DNA from: Lama glama
Taxonomy: Eukaryota
Length of the DNA stretch: 64,000 nucleotides
Direction: 5' to 3'
NCBI GenBank assembly: GCA_028534125.1
Contig: CM052816.1
Location: forward strand, 91,142,001 to 91,206,000
Part shown: positions 1-12,473 of the stretch, one piece after another
Position numbering within the stretch: the first letter of the stretch is position 1
Layout: each line of letters opens with the position of its first letter
Notes under the pieces: model-generated
Seen by the model: the letters and a program-made list of their open reading frames with translations, nothing else
What the model was told of the DNA's origin: nothing
Database searches by the model: none
Program-made: the position numbers and the translations under genes

Positions 1-2780
1 CCATATGAAGGATGGAGATTCATGGAGCTCCACATTCTGGCCAACTTCACAGGCGCCAGACCTGTTCTTCTCGGGGTTCCCAGATGCTCGTGGGTCATGT
101 GAGGGTAGTGTCTGCAGACAGTGCTCCCGGACCCAGGGACCCCCATGGAGAAGTCAGGAGTTAGGACCCAAGTGGTGCCAGAAGGAATTCCACACGAAAT
201 ACCGATTTCCAGGTCAGGAAACTTTTGGAATAAGTGAAGCCTATTTGTTGTCCAATCCCCAGCTTAGTTCTTGAATATTTTTCTCCCCAACAGCCCTAGA
301 TTCAATTAAATGTCACTTGACAAAGAAGTGTCATATATAATGAGAGCGAGAGAGAAATCATTTTGGGGTCACATGTACACGTCCACTCATTTTTCAGCAG
401 TGCCTTTAGTCGTCTTGAAATCTCCCGGCCAGGACTGGTGACAGGTACCACCACACTCAGTGCCTGTGGATTGGAATGAACGGAAGGGAGTGATACTGAG
501 GGACATCATTTGTTCTCTGCCAGGACTCATTTGTCTCAGCAGTACTTTCTGTTGTGCTCACAGGCTCTTGGGGTGAAAGAGATGAAGCGGGCTGCTAGCA
601 CGTGTTCTCTCCTACAGAATTACACTCTATTTTTAGAGCTCTCGTGTCACATTTCTCAGTCTCACAGAACCCCCTAACGGAGAGGCCTGGGCGCTGCATC
701 TCGAAATCAAAGTGCATTCGAGGTCCGAGGGTGCAGCCCTTAAACTGCGCAAAGACAGACTTGGCTTTAAATAACGATGTTTTTGTTTAGATCTTTTAAA
801 GAAAATGGTACACCGTAATGTGAAAAAGAGGTATGAGAGGAAACGAAATAAAATCGTTAGATCCCACTTTGACCATGGGGGTTATTTGCTTCATAATAAA
901 ACTCACCACTTGTTATTCCTACGTATGACACAGTTAAATTGCGTAAAATCCTTTCGATCCTTTTGAACCTTGCTCTTCAGTTGTTAGGACCATGGCAGTG
1001 TTTAGTCTAGGAATCATTATTCTCAGCTACTGAGGCAAGATTCTTCTGAGTGTTCTACCCGACATGTGAATGCTGAGGTTTTCCCGTCTAGTAGGTGGGA
1101 CCGGGCATCATTCCCAGCCATGGGAGCAGAGCTCATCCCTGACTTCCTTTCTGATGCCTTGTTCCTGGCCTCTGTGTTCCTCACCCGCACGCACCAGTCA
1201 CCTGCAGCTGGAGACTCCAGGGCACCCCGCAGGTGGTCCGTGTTCTCTCTGCCCTCTCTGTCCTGACACCTCCAGCCTCTTTGCCTCTCGCTTCTGTCTG
1301 CTCAACTCAGGTGGTCACCAGGACCCACCTGTCAGGCTCCTCTCTGCTCCGTGGCCTGAAACTCAAGGTGCCCCCCATGGCTCACTGTCCTTACCATAAT
1401 GCCCTGACTCTAGAAAATCAATGTACAGATATTTTATCTGTTTTCTCCTTTCTTTTATCTTTTTAGTTGTTTCAAATGGGAGGGCAAGCTGGGTCCCTGC
1501 TCTGCTATCTTGCCTGAAGCCAGTTCTCCGCTCCTCTCTATGTTTGAAACAGGAATTCTGTGTCACTTTCTCACTGGGTGCTTCTAGTTGTAACTCAGGG
1601 TAAGAAACAGCTGCCTCAGGATCACCTGGGACCCTTACGCAAAAGGCAGATTTCTGAGGTCACCCCAGGCCTGCACCAGCAGAATTTCTGTTGTGAGGCC
1701 ACGAGGCTGCTGTTTAAACAGTGCCTTGCGGTTTACACACTTTCCGTGTGAGAACTCCCAAAGAGATTACTTCGGCCGGAACATCTAATATATATGCCTA
1801 ATTGTATCCTTATGGGGACATGGGGGCAGAAAGAAGGGATGTCAGCGTCTGATTCTGCCAGGAAGCCAGAGCTCCCTTCTGTGATAAAGTGAGGCCACTT
1901 GTCTGAAGAGTCATCTTTTTAATTCTTATTCCCTTAGAGCTTCTCAGACAGGGTGGAACCAGAAATTGGTTCTTTAGTAAATGACCTCTTATCTTGACCA
2001 TGCAGAATATCCTCTGTTTAAAAATCTGTCCTTTAGTTTCTCTTAAGACGGAGAATATAACTAAATGGGCTGCCGGGGCCTCGGTTTGGTGGCTTTTCTG
2101 GAAAGCTCTGCACAGCTGCGGACCCTTGGGCCGAGCCTGTGTGGAGGACGGCGTGGCCCTGGGACGGCTGGGAGGTGTGGCTTCTCACTGGGAACCGTGG
2201 GAACTGGATCCTCCAAGAGTCTGGGAAGGTGGGGCTGATAGCCATGAGGCAGGGACTCTTCAGTGGTCCTTATTCTGTGGCCAGAGTGTGCTTCAGGAAG
2301 GAGGGCAGGTGGGGAGAGAAAACTAGCTGGAAGGAATGAAGGAAGTGAGGGTAGGAGGAAGGAAGGAAAGAAAGAAGCTTACTTCCCAAAAGAACCATAC
2401 TTTCCTTTGAATCTGGAATATGCATGTTCTCTCTGAAACTATGGAGTTCAAGAACAGAGCCCTGGAAGTAGTAATACTAAAGCCATTGGAAGCTCATTTT
2501 CTCCCTTGGATGAGCTTCAATCGTGGAGGACCTACACTTTTCGGTGAAGAACTTGGTACAGGTTCTCACTGATTTTCAGCCTCCTTTTCTGTTGGTTGGA
2601 CCTTGCAATGCACGTTGACCAGTGCCAAGGGTGGTGGGAAGACAGCCACACACCATGTAAAAGATCTGTTTCCCCAGCATCGTCCAGTATTCACAGGAGA
2701 TTCTATCTCTGGTTGTGTGTTTTCCAGACAAGACTCTTTAGGAAAACCTAGAGTCTCACCATGGAGCAACTCAGAGCCTC

Positions 2781-2806
2781 TGTGTGTGTGTGTGTGTGTG
2801 TGTGTG
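2781..2806. repeat. (TG)n microsatellite
   Basis: Direct TG run, followed by a CACG/CATG-type tail. Confidence 0.95.
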
Positions 2807-4689
2807 CACGCACGCATGCATGTGCACGGATGTCCCCTGTATTAATCGTCAACCAACCATTCATCTTCCTTTCTGATGACTATTTGGACGCTGCACAGGA
2901 AGTGCTCTTTCTTTTTCTTTTTTTTTTTTTTCTGGGAAGGGTGGGTCCCAAATGATGCCATGCTGGTCTTGGTCGACCACACTTCATTCGTCTTGACTCT
3001 AAGAAAGGAGTGAGGAGGAACATCATGTGTTCCTTCTTGTTCTAAACTGCAATATGTGGTCTCTTCCAAGGATGTCATTGAATTTACTCTTCCTCTGGAG
3101 AGGAAACATGTTTCAAAGGGACGAGGACTGTACGGGAAATCAGGAGTCTTGGCCTCAAGCTAACTGAGAAAACGTGTGTCATGTTCCTCATCTACAATAC
3201 AGGAATTTGAAAAGTTGATGTCAGTTTTCTCATTCCATTCTCAATTATATAACTACATTATTCAAATACCTTCTGTACCTATATTATTGAACCATGGTGA
3301 CATAAGTTAATGGTAGACTATATATAATGGAAGACAACAGAAATAGACAATCTATTAATTACTGGGCAATTTAAAACTATTATGAAACACAGAAAATGAC
3401 CCTTCTAGGTCCGTGTTTCATTTAAAGAAGTGTAGATTGACATCTCTTCTTTGCCCTTGAATCCAGATTTTCTTCTTAAACCATACATATTTCCATTAAG
3501 TTTTATTCAGGACGATCTATACATTTATTTTAGTAGTTTTTTTAGTTTTAGTTTACTAAACATTTACTACTCTTTCCAAAACCCATTTGATTAGATAATA
3601 TTTGCATGATTTACACAGGAATTTCTTATTTCTGTTTGTGATTGTAACAGTAATTCAGAAATCATTGGACTCATTTAAGACTATTTTGTTAATATAAATG
3701 TAAGTAATAATGGAATTTATTGTCCCAAAGTACTGTCACATGAGGCTTCTTCCAAATGGTAGAAATTTACTGTGGAGTGTCTTATGGCTATGGAAGACAT
3801 CCACAGGGTGAATATTCCCACGTTCCCTCTTCCCACTAACAAGTGGCGTCTATAGACACAGAGAACAGTGCTGCGGGTATTCAGTTTTTGTTGGTTTAAA
3901 ATGACAATACAGCACACCAAGTATAATGTAAGACATGAAGGGAACTTGGTAACTTTTTATTGAATCCATGAATAAGGTGATGGATGGATACCGAAGTGTC
4001 TTTATGTCCACTTGAAATCCACCATGAAGATGGGTAAGATCCGTAAATATAAAACAGAAAGTTTAGTTACTTCGCTGTAATATGTATTAAGCACTTTGCT
4101 ATAACATTGTCTCTATAGCATAATTTAGGTAATTTTAAGTAATTTAGTATTAGACTAGGCTCTTTTCTAATTTTAGGACATTCACTTACTTGAGTAGTAA
4201 AATATGTTTACAAATGTGGTGTCACTTCTGAGACATGAATCCCAGAGGTAGGATTAGAACAAGGTCCCAGCACCTATATATTCAAAGTACCGTGTATTCA
4301 AAACACTGTTTTCCATGGCTCTAGCCAGAAGAAATTATTCTTCTTGGCTATGGATTAGGTTGGTCCACTGGCCCTCATTGTCATGACCCTAGGGTCCTGT
4401 GGAGCAGCCCCGCCCAGCCCCAGGAATTCAGGTTTGGTTCCACTGGGACAGGGCTGCCCCACAGGGGACAGCTGGTCTGAGGTCCTAAGCGAGGAGGGCG
4501 GAGCCTTGAGGCACAAATTGCGTGGCAGAGGGGCTGTCCCCCCGGAGCTGGGCTGGCTGCCCATTCCCAGAGCATGCACAGGTCCCACCCCACACCCACC
4601 GGAGCACAGGGCAGAGGGGCAAGGACAGAGCCCCTTGCTTCACAAGTAAAGTAACTGAAGCATCACCGGTGCTGGCTACCCAGTGTGGG

Positions 4690-5255
4690 GGGAAAGTCAG
4701 TGACTGTGTGATGTCTTTGTATGTGACAGATGAGCACACACTAGACTCAATCACGGCGATCATTTAAAAATGTATGGAAATGTCAAATAACTATATTGTG
4801 TACCAGGAACTAACATAGTGTTGTAGGTGAATTATGCTTCAAAAACAAACAAATAAGCAAACCAGGAAACTCATAGAAAAACAGACCAGATTTGTGGTTA
4901 CCAGAGGTGGCGGATGGGGAATTGGATGAAGGCAGTCAAAAGGTATAAGCTTTTAGTTATAAACTAAACAAGTGCTAGGGACGTAATGCACAATATGATA
5001 AATACAATGAACGCTGCTCTATGTTATATGTGAAAGTTGTTAAGAGAGTAAATCCTCAGAGTGCTCATCCCAGGGAGAAATATGTATTTTTCTGTTTCTT
5101 TAATGTTGTATCTGTGTGAAATGACGGATGGTCACCAGACTTGTTGTGCTCCTCATGTCCATGCTGTGTGTACGTCAGATCATTACGCCATCCACCTTAA
5201 ACTTACGTAGTGCTGTTTGTCAACTACATCGCAATAAAGCTGGAAGACAAAAGAA
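4690..5255 (+). mobile_element. Old LINE-1 3' UTR fragment (L1MA-like)
   Basis: L1 3'-end motifs GTGGTTACCAGAGG, ACCTTAAACTTAC and ACATCGCAATAAAGCTGGAA with an A-rich tail. Confidence 0.7.
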
Positions 5256-5469
5256 ATAAACTGAAGCAAAAACTTCAGTAATATTTGTATTTTGACTATA
5301 GGATGTGAAGTGAAATATACTCATGTAAGAATGTTATTCATTAAGTAAAAAACATGACCATACATTTAAGTATCAAGGAGTTTTTAAATAAAGACCATCT
5401 GTGTATCCGTGTGTAGATATGTGTAGCTTTAAGGACGGTGAGTCAGGTCTCGTGTATTCAGCACCTAAT

Positions 5470-5810
5470 TTAAGAAACAGAAAGTGACAAATACCCAAGA
5501 AGCTCCTACTTGTCATCTCCAGTCTTGCTCCCTGGATCCCCCCACCTGGGGTAACCCCTCTCCTGAATCTTGTTTGTCTTGTTTTGGTTTTTTTTTATCA
5601 TTTCCTTGCTTAATAACTGTTAGTGTGATTTTGAGCTTTATGTAAATGAAATCATTCTGTGTCTTGTTCTTCTGTGATTTCTTTCCTCTCAATATTATGA
5701 TCCTGAGGCTCATGTACAGACGTGGAATCTGAGTTCCTTCATTTCCACTGCTGTTCCATCTTCCATTGTTTGAAGGCAACTCACTTGATTTGTTCATTAT
5801 CCTAATGAAA
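5470..5810 (-). mobile_element. Old L1ME-like 3' fragment
   Basis: TTTTGAGCTTTATGTAAATGAAATCAT and TTCATTTCCACTGCT, typical of antisense L1M 3' ends. Confidence 0.55.
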
Positions 5811-6570
5811 GTGTATTTTAAATTTGTGTCAAAATACAAAATGTTCATTCATCCCATTGAATCATTAAAATAATAATCAAATAGTTCCATTCCATTATAA
5901 GTTTTTTGTTGATTTTTGTTAGAAGTATATTTGCCAAATGGTTGAACCAAATCCTAAATTACTACTCAATATGCATAGAGAACAGAAATTTAAATCTGCA
6001 TTTCTGTCATCTTTGTGGTCCCATTATACTGAGCAGTAGCCTAGTGTACCCTTGACAATTTATAACAAGTCTACATTGTTCTAGAAAGAAAGCCACAGTT
6101 TAATAACCATTTTGGCTTTGACTTTCCTGTACAATATCTTTTCCCATTAAACTGACATACTGGCAAGACTGTGTTACAGATAGTGGCCTCCTAGCCACAC
6201 ACTTACTGTTTCTTTTAATAGGTCTGGAATCATTCGTAGGATATGCAAACCCAGGGCTAGACTTGGTCACTGATGTAAACAGCCTTGCTCGGTGATTCAA
6301 GAGTGGGTAGAGTTAATGAATACATAAACTATAGCTAAATGTCCCTGAAAGTTCATTTCTCACCACAGTCAGGAAATCATTTGGTCAGTGCCTGCCTGGT
6401 GGGCTGGCATCCGCCTGGACACCTGGCTGCTCAGAAACTCTCCGGCAGAGAACTAGCTATAAGGCTGAGAGAACAAAGAGGCAGGGCAAGAAGTATTTTT
6501 TTTTCTTTTTTAATGCTATTGCACTCACTTAAATATAACTTCAAATTTATATTAAAAAGGAAATTGAATT

Positions 6571-6992
6571 TTTTAACATTTTTTATTAATTTATAATCAT
6601 TTACAATGTTGTGTCAAATTCCAGTGTTCAGCACAATTTTTCAGTCATTCATGGACATATACACACTCATTGTCACATTTTTTTCTCTGTGAGTTATCAT
6701 AACATTTTATGTATATTTCCCTATGCTATACAGTGTAATCTTGTTTATCTATTCTACAGTTTTGAAATCCCAGTCTTTCCCTTCCCACCATCCACCCCCC
6801 TGGCAACCTCAAGTCTGTATTCTGTCTACGAGTCTATTTCTGTCCTGTATTTACGCTTTGTTTTTGTTTGTTTGTTTGTTTTTGTTTTTGTTTTTTAGAT
6901 TCCACATATGAGCGATCTCATATGGTATTTTTCTTTTTCTGGCTTACTTCACTTAGAATGACAGTGGCTTACTTTCTGGCTTACTTCACTTA
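6571..6992 (-). mobile_element. Young 5'-truncated lineage-specific L1 3' end
   Basis: Poly-T start and close similarity to the copies at 40172 and 59296. Imperfect TSD GAAATTGAATT 6560-6570 / GAAACTGAATT 6993-7003. Confidence 0.85.
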
Positions 6993-7578
6993 GAAACTGA
7001 ATTATTGAATTTACAAATTACCTTTGTGTTGAAACTTTATTAAAAAGAAACAGAATCTATATGGACACAATTTCTGGGTAGGAGATCGATCCCCTCCCCC
7101 GTGCCCTCGCAATCATAGCTCAGATGACACTTCGCTAACAATCTCTGTCCTCTACTAGACACGTTTGTTCAGTTAGTGTCATTTCCTTAGCTCTGTGGCA
7201 GTGCCTTCCACGTGGTAGGCGCTGAAAATTATCCATGAAATGAAAGAATTTGGGGACCCTTAACAGAGCTTGTTTGAACTGGTATGTTTAGGTGATGTGT
7301 TAGGTTTGCAAGGGGAATTTGAACTTGACTTCATTGTAACTTTAGGAACTGCCCAGAATTTGCACGTCTTCTTCCTGGAGCGGCTGCTGCTAGTTTTTAG
7401 TTCACTGAGTCTCCCGTGGAGAAATGAGGGCGGGACCCACAGCACACGCCTGGCACGTGCACCACGTTCAACACATTCTGTGATGATGATCAGGAAAAGA
7501 CAGGCTAGAAAAATGCCGGATATTGTGAGATCCTGTTGAGTTAACAATTTTCTGTTGAGTTAACCAGCCCTAGTGTGG

Positions 7579-7759
7579 AGTTGACCCTTGAACAACTCGC
7601 ATTTGAACTGCATGGATCCACATATAGTGGATGTTTTTCAGTAAATACTACAGGATGTGTCACTGGTTAAATCTGCGGATGCAGAGGAACCGCAGATACG
7701 AGGGGCCGACAATAAATTATACGCGGATTAACTGCCGTGTTTTGCAGGGATCAGCTGTA
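7579..7759. mobile_element. TcMar-Tigger-derived MITE
   Basis: Starts AGTTGACCCTTGAACAAC and ends with a degenerate inverted copy GCAGGGATCAGCTG followed by TA. Confidence 0.7.
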
Positions 7760-8358
7760 TACTGAAAGTACCTTGTTGGTGTTCATGATGTTGATGGTGA
7801 TAAGATTAAAGCCAAGGTGTCTTTAAAAGTACTGTGGCTTCCCTATCCTTAAGTTTAAAATGATTACAAGTCCCAGAAGGCCCCGTATGATTAGGTCCCT
7901 TCCTGCCGTCCCAGCTTCTTACGGAGTTACTCTCTGGTCCACTCTGCTGCTGTCACACTGGCTCCAGCTCCTCCTCACGCCGGGGCCTCTTGCATGTGCT
8001 GTGTGAGGTTCTGTCTGGAACCCTTCCAAGCTATTATGGTAAATAGTGCAAATCCAGATTGCAGCATACAGGTGACATCTTCAGCGAAGATGTCCCAAAG
8101 CCCTCCCCCTAGACTTTTCCTTCGCTGTGACCAGATCACTGTGGAACTCGGTGCTTAGCCTGTGTCTCTTCTCTTGTTGTGTGTGCTTCCTTGGACAGGT
8201 GTCTGGCTTGTTCATCTCTGAAGTCACACAGCTTCACGGAGCCAGGGAATGTGGCCACTAGGAGGCGCTCAATATATATATATTTGCTGAAATAAAGAAT
8301 GTTGAGTGAATCGGCCCAAGTTCAGTTACAATTTTTTCTTTTCTTTTTCTCTCTTTAG

Positions 8359-8485
8359 CTGGGAAGTTATCAATTCCAAACCAGATGAGAGACCTGGGCT
8401 CAGCCACTGTATTGCAGAATCATGGATGAATTTCAGCCTGTTTCTTCAAGAAATGTCTCTTTTTAAACAGCAGAGCCCCGGCAAG
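8359..8485 (+). CDS. RETREG1: RETREG1/FAM134B coding exon (exon 4 by human numbering)
   Basis: Pyrimidine tract + AG at 8357-8358. Encodes (S)[42 protein letters not shown], recognised as FAM134B. 127 nt, ending at a non-canonical donor AAG|GCAAGT in phase with the next exon. Confidence 0.96.
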
Positions 8486-8804
8486 GCAAGTTTTCCAGGA
8501 AAGGAGAATGATGTGTGTGCTTTAAAATGTGCAGTGGGAAACCAATGTCTTAACCTATTGTATCAGCTTGTATGGATTCTCCAGTTCTCTGTATAAGATA
8601 CTGGGAACCTGTGCCACAAAAACTGATAGGTCCAGAAATATTAGTGTGTTAGCACTAGAAAATCCTCAACCTTATGTTTTGCAATTGGCTTGGTTTCCTA
8701 TTTTATATAGATTTATGGAGCTTATTAACTAAAATGAATGGCGATTGATCTTCTCAGCCAGACCAAGGAGAAAAAAAATGTGTTATTGGGAATTTCACTT
8801 TAAA

Positions 8805-9030
8805 GGAAGGGGAGGGGTAAATTAGGAGTTTGAGGTTTGCAGATACACACTACTATACATAAAACAGATGAACAACAAGGGCCTACTGTACAGCACAGGG
8901 AACTATATTCAATACCTTGTAATAGCCTATAATACAAAAGAATATGAAAAAGAATATATATGTATAACCAAATCCCTATGCTGTATACCAGCAACTAACA
9001 CATTGTAAATCAACTATGCTTCAATTAAAA
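8805..9030 (+). mobile_element. L1 3' end (cetartiodactyl type)
   Basis: GGAGTTTGAGGTTTGCAGATAC...TACAGCACAGGGAACTATATTCAATA...TGTAAATCAACTATGCTTCAATTAAAAA; homologous to 57820-58035. Confidence 0.85.
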
Positions 9031-10100
9031 ACACTTGTTTAACATTGATAGGCTGGTTTTGAAGTCAAAGGGAGATAAAATGAACACACAGCCCTTGGAG
9101 GATGCTTTTGGAGGTATCTGAGTCTCACTTTCAGTCCAAAAAGTGGAGACTCTTACATGATTTACTTAAGAAAGAAAATCTTTGGCAGAAACATCCATAG
9201 TGATTATATAAGTGAAATGAGTATTTTTCCAATTAAGATGAATACCCACTAGGAGAAAAGTCAAGGGTGGTTTGAAAGGGACTGTGTGGAGAAGTGCACC
9301 CATTTGTAGTATTTGTATGTGCAGAGGCAGATCCAGCTGACCTTGAGAGCACGGGTGAGGTCCAGGGACATCAGGACACTCCCTCCCTTCTAGTGTTGTA
9401 GTCATGTTTCTTGAATGTCCACCTGTAGTTGGAAGGAAGAACCTAGGAACCTTGGCGTTACGCTCTCTTTGTACCATGTTACGGGAAATCTCTTAACTTC
9501 AATGGTATTGAGTAACAGAACTATACTTGGACACATTTTTGAGCACATTGACGTTGCAGCATTGTATATGGACAAATTTTTTAAATCTGAAGGCAGTTTT
9601 TAGAATAGATATCCACGTGGGGGTAGGGGGAGGTGAGTTGTACTTTTGATGCTTATTTTACTGAAATGATTAAATGCATTTTTAGAAGATTCTGTACTTA
9701 AAACTTCTGCATTGGAGGGCATTAACATACCCCAAGTCAATTAGCCTAAGATGGTGATGCTACAAATTTAGAGAATAATATGAAATCCCTTTTGTGAAAC
9801 TGAATTCTGGATGTAGTAATGCTTTTCTTTATTCTTTTAACTTTTATGGTCTTTCCTCTTCCATTTTGCTATTAGAATTTCATATTTTTCAGTGCCCCTG
9901 ATGTTTGAGAAATAGTTCTTAATTTTGTTCCAACAAGTTCATCTATTTTCCTTTTTGCTAGTGAATTTATTAATCCTGTGCCGAAGAATGAAAAATTAAA
10001 ATTAATCTGAATTTTAGACTCCCCCCCGAGGGTTCTTGTAATCAATCATTGATCAGAGATTTAGGTCTCCTTTCCTCGTGTGTGGTTTTGAAATTCCCTT

Positions 10101-10229
10101 TTTTTCTTAGGTTTTCATTTGGGGGGTGTAATTAAGTTTACTTATTTTTGGAGGAGGTACTGGGGACTGAACCCAAGACCTCCTACGTGCTAAGCATGTG
10201 CTCTACCACTTGAGTTATGCCCTCCCCAC
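10101..10229 (-). mobile_element. tRNA-derived camelid SINE (vic-1-like)
   Basis: Reverse complement begins GGGGAGGGCATAACTCAAGTGGTAGAGCACATGCTTAGCAC, with a B-box-like GGTTCAGTCCCC. Perfect 18-bp TSD TGGTTTTGAAATTCCCTT at 10083-10100 and 10230-10247. Confidence 0.9.
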
Positions 10230-11045
10230 TGGTTTTGAAATTCCCTTAATGAATTTTCTTTATCAGTTAAATTTAGTGCCATAATTTAAAGATAATGCAA
10301 AGTAAGATAGTTTATTTTTAAGAATAGAGTGTGGAAAAGAAACAGATTTTATGGGAGGATTTTTCTGCCTTGATATTTAAATTTCTTAAAACAACCAAGA
10401 TTCTTTTGGCTGTAACTGACAGAGAGAAAGAACATAATCAAATTTCACTGTAGCAATTTGATTTCGTTCGCCATTGGCTTCTAGGCGACCTAGAAGTGGG
10501 GTCAACTTGAGGGAATGGATGTGGTTAGAAGGAGGATAGTCATGGCCAGTAGATTTATCCCAGCCGCTTGTCAGCTGTGCAAACTAATATTGTGTTTATG
10601 TAAATACCTCTAATTTCTATAACATGTTTTGCTGTGTTTATGAACTTCCATGGACTTACGGAAGTAGTTTGAACTTGCAGCTTTCGTTATTGGCCTGCAC
10701 TGTTTTCAGTGAGTGATCCTGAGAAAAAGAAGTTTCTGGGCACACACTACTCTTCCAGCCTCTTGCACTGTCCGTGATACAGCTGCAGGCGTGATTAATG
10801 GGAGACGTTATTCTTCGTGCCAGAGATCAGCTTCAGGAACCTAGAAATGGTTATTACTGAATGTTAAAGTGGCTAAGATCAAACAGCAGTCATTAATCAG
10901 ATTTAAGTGCAAAAGAACACTGTTTGAAAAACATTTGTCATAACATGATAGATCAAATATAGATGAGAAATTGTGTGTGTATCCTGTGCTCTGAAACGTC
11001 TTGGTGTTATGCATAACGGTCACATGTTACTTCTGTTATTTCTAG

Positions 11046-11130
11046 TTTTGTCTCCTGGTCTGCAGTGTGTGCACATTTTTTACGATCTTGGGAAGCTACA
11101 TTCCTGGGGTTATACTCAGCTATCTACTGT
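11046..11130 (+). CDS. RETREG1: RETREG1 exon 5, hydrophobic hairpin of the reticulon-homology domain
   Basis: tctAG acceptor, encodes [28 protein letters not shown], donor GTAAGT at 11131. 85 nt. The ORF track shows this region in a different frame. Confidence 0.96.
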
Positions 11131-12028
11131 GTAAGTATAGTAGAACATGTGACTAATGTATGTGACGCATACGGTATCATTTTATGGTCGACAAGACCTT
11201 CCATAGTATTGAAGAGGAGGGATGCGTTCTTGATTATAAAACAAGTTGATTATTCTTTAATTTCCTGCTGTACAAAGTTTCTCTTTTTTCTAGAGACATG
11301 TTTCAGTTTCAAAATTATAAGAATAGCTGTCAAAAAGGAAGGTTATAAGTGATTAATTTTAAATTATGTCAATAAAACTATAAATAAGCTATATTCTCCA
11401 CCCCTGACAGGCACACTAGTACTTTTCCCCTTGTACATGATCTGCAGCTCAAAAAATAATTAAAACCCCAATGAGACATCATTGTACCGCCACCAAAATG
11501 GCTGAAATGAAAATGCTGACTGTATTAAGTATTAGCAATGAGACGGAGCAACTGCAATGCTCCTGCATTGTGGGTGGGTAGGTAGAATGGAACCACCACT
11601 TTGGGTAACAGTTTGGTAGATTCTTAAAAACTACTATGTGACCCAGCCATTCCACAGCAGGTATTCCACCCAAGAGAAAGGAAAGCATCTACCTACACAG
11701 AGACTTGTCCACAAATGTTCATAAGCAGCTTTATTTGTAATAACCAAAACCAAAAGACAATTCATATGTCCATCAATGGATATACGGGTAAACAAACTGT
11801 GGTATATCCTTACAATGGATTACTACTCAGCGCTGAAAAATTGATACATGCAACAATCTGGATAAATCTCAAAATAATTAGGTTCAGCGGGAGAACCCAA
11901 GTTAAAAAAGAGTACATACTATATATGCCATTTATATATAATTCCAATTAACCTTTAGTGACAAAGCACATAAATGGCTGCCTGGGGATGAGGTGGGTGG
12001 GGCAGGGAAGGCAGGAGAGAAGGATTAG

Positions 12029-12473
12029 TGTTGGAGCCAGCCAACAATCGATCAGGTCCAGAAAACCTGTGCTGCAGGACTGAGAAAGAAAGACAAGACT
12101 AAAAGGTGGGGTTGAGAGGGTCTCACTCTAGCCCGCAAGACGCTAGGTCAAGAGTGGACCCCGAGTTTATTTCCNNNNNNNNNNNNNNNNNNNNNNNNNN
12201 NNNNNNNNNNNNNNNNNNNNNNNNNNNNNNNNNNNNNNNNNNNNNNNNNNNNNNNNNNNNNNNNNNNNNNNNNNCTCCTTCCAAAGGTCCTTAGTGACTT
12301 AATAGCTCAGGATGTTCCTTCAGGCCTTAATGCACCTGGCACATTCCTCAAAGGGGTGGCGGGACAGAGATTGTCCTTGAGAGATCAACCTCAGAGCCTG
12401 ACGCCCTGCACTGTGGGAGTTTAGGCCCAACCTCTGTGCTCGGCAGTCCTCAGGTCATGAGTGGCCCCCCGCA
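12029..12473 (-). mobile_element. ERV LTR, class II (ERVK-like), spanning a 100-N gap
   Basis: TG...CA termini. Perfect 6-bp TSD GATTAG at 12023-12028 and 12474-12479. Minus strand begins TGCGGGGGGCC and ends GGCTGGCTCCAACA, with AATAAA on the minus strand at 12166-12171. Confidence 0.85.
12175..12274. other. Assembly gap (100 N)
   Basis: Run of N; the round size suggests a placeholder. Confidence 0.99.

Noticed and set aside
1..8358. Search for upstream RETREG1 exons and the alternative first exon of the short FAM134B-2 isoform
   Set aside because: No matching coding sequence recognised; these exons presumably lie upstream of the window. The short overlapping ORFs here have no recognisable homology.
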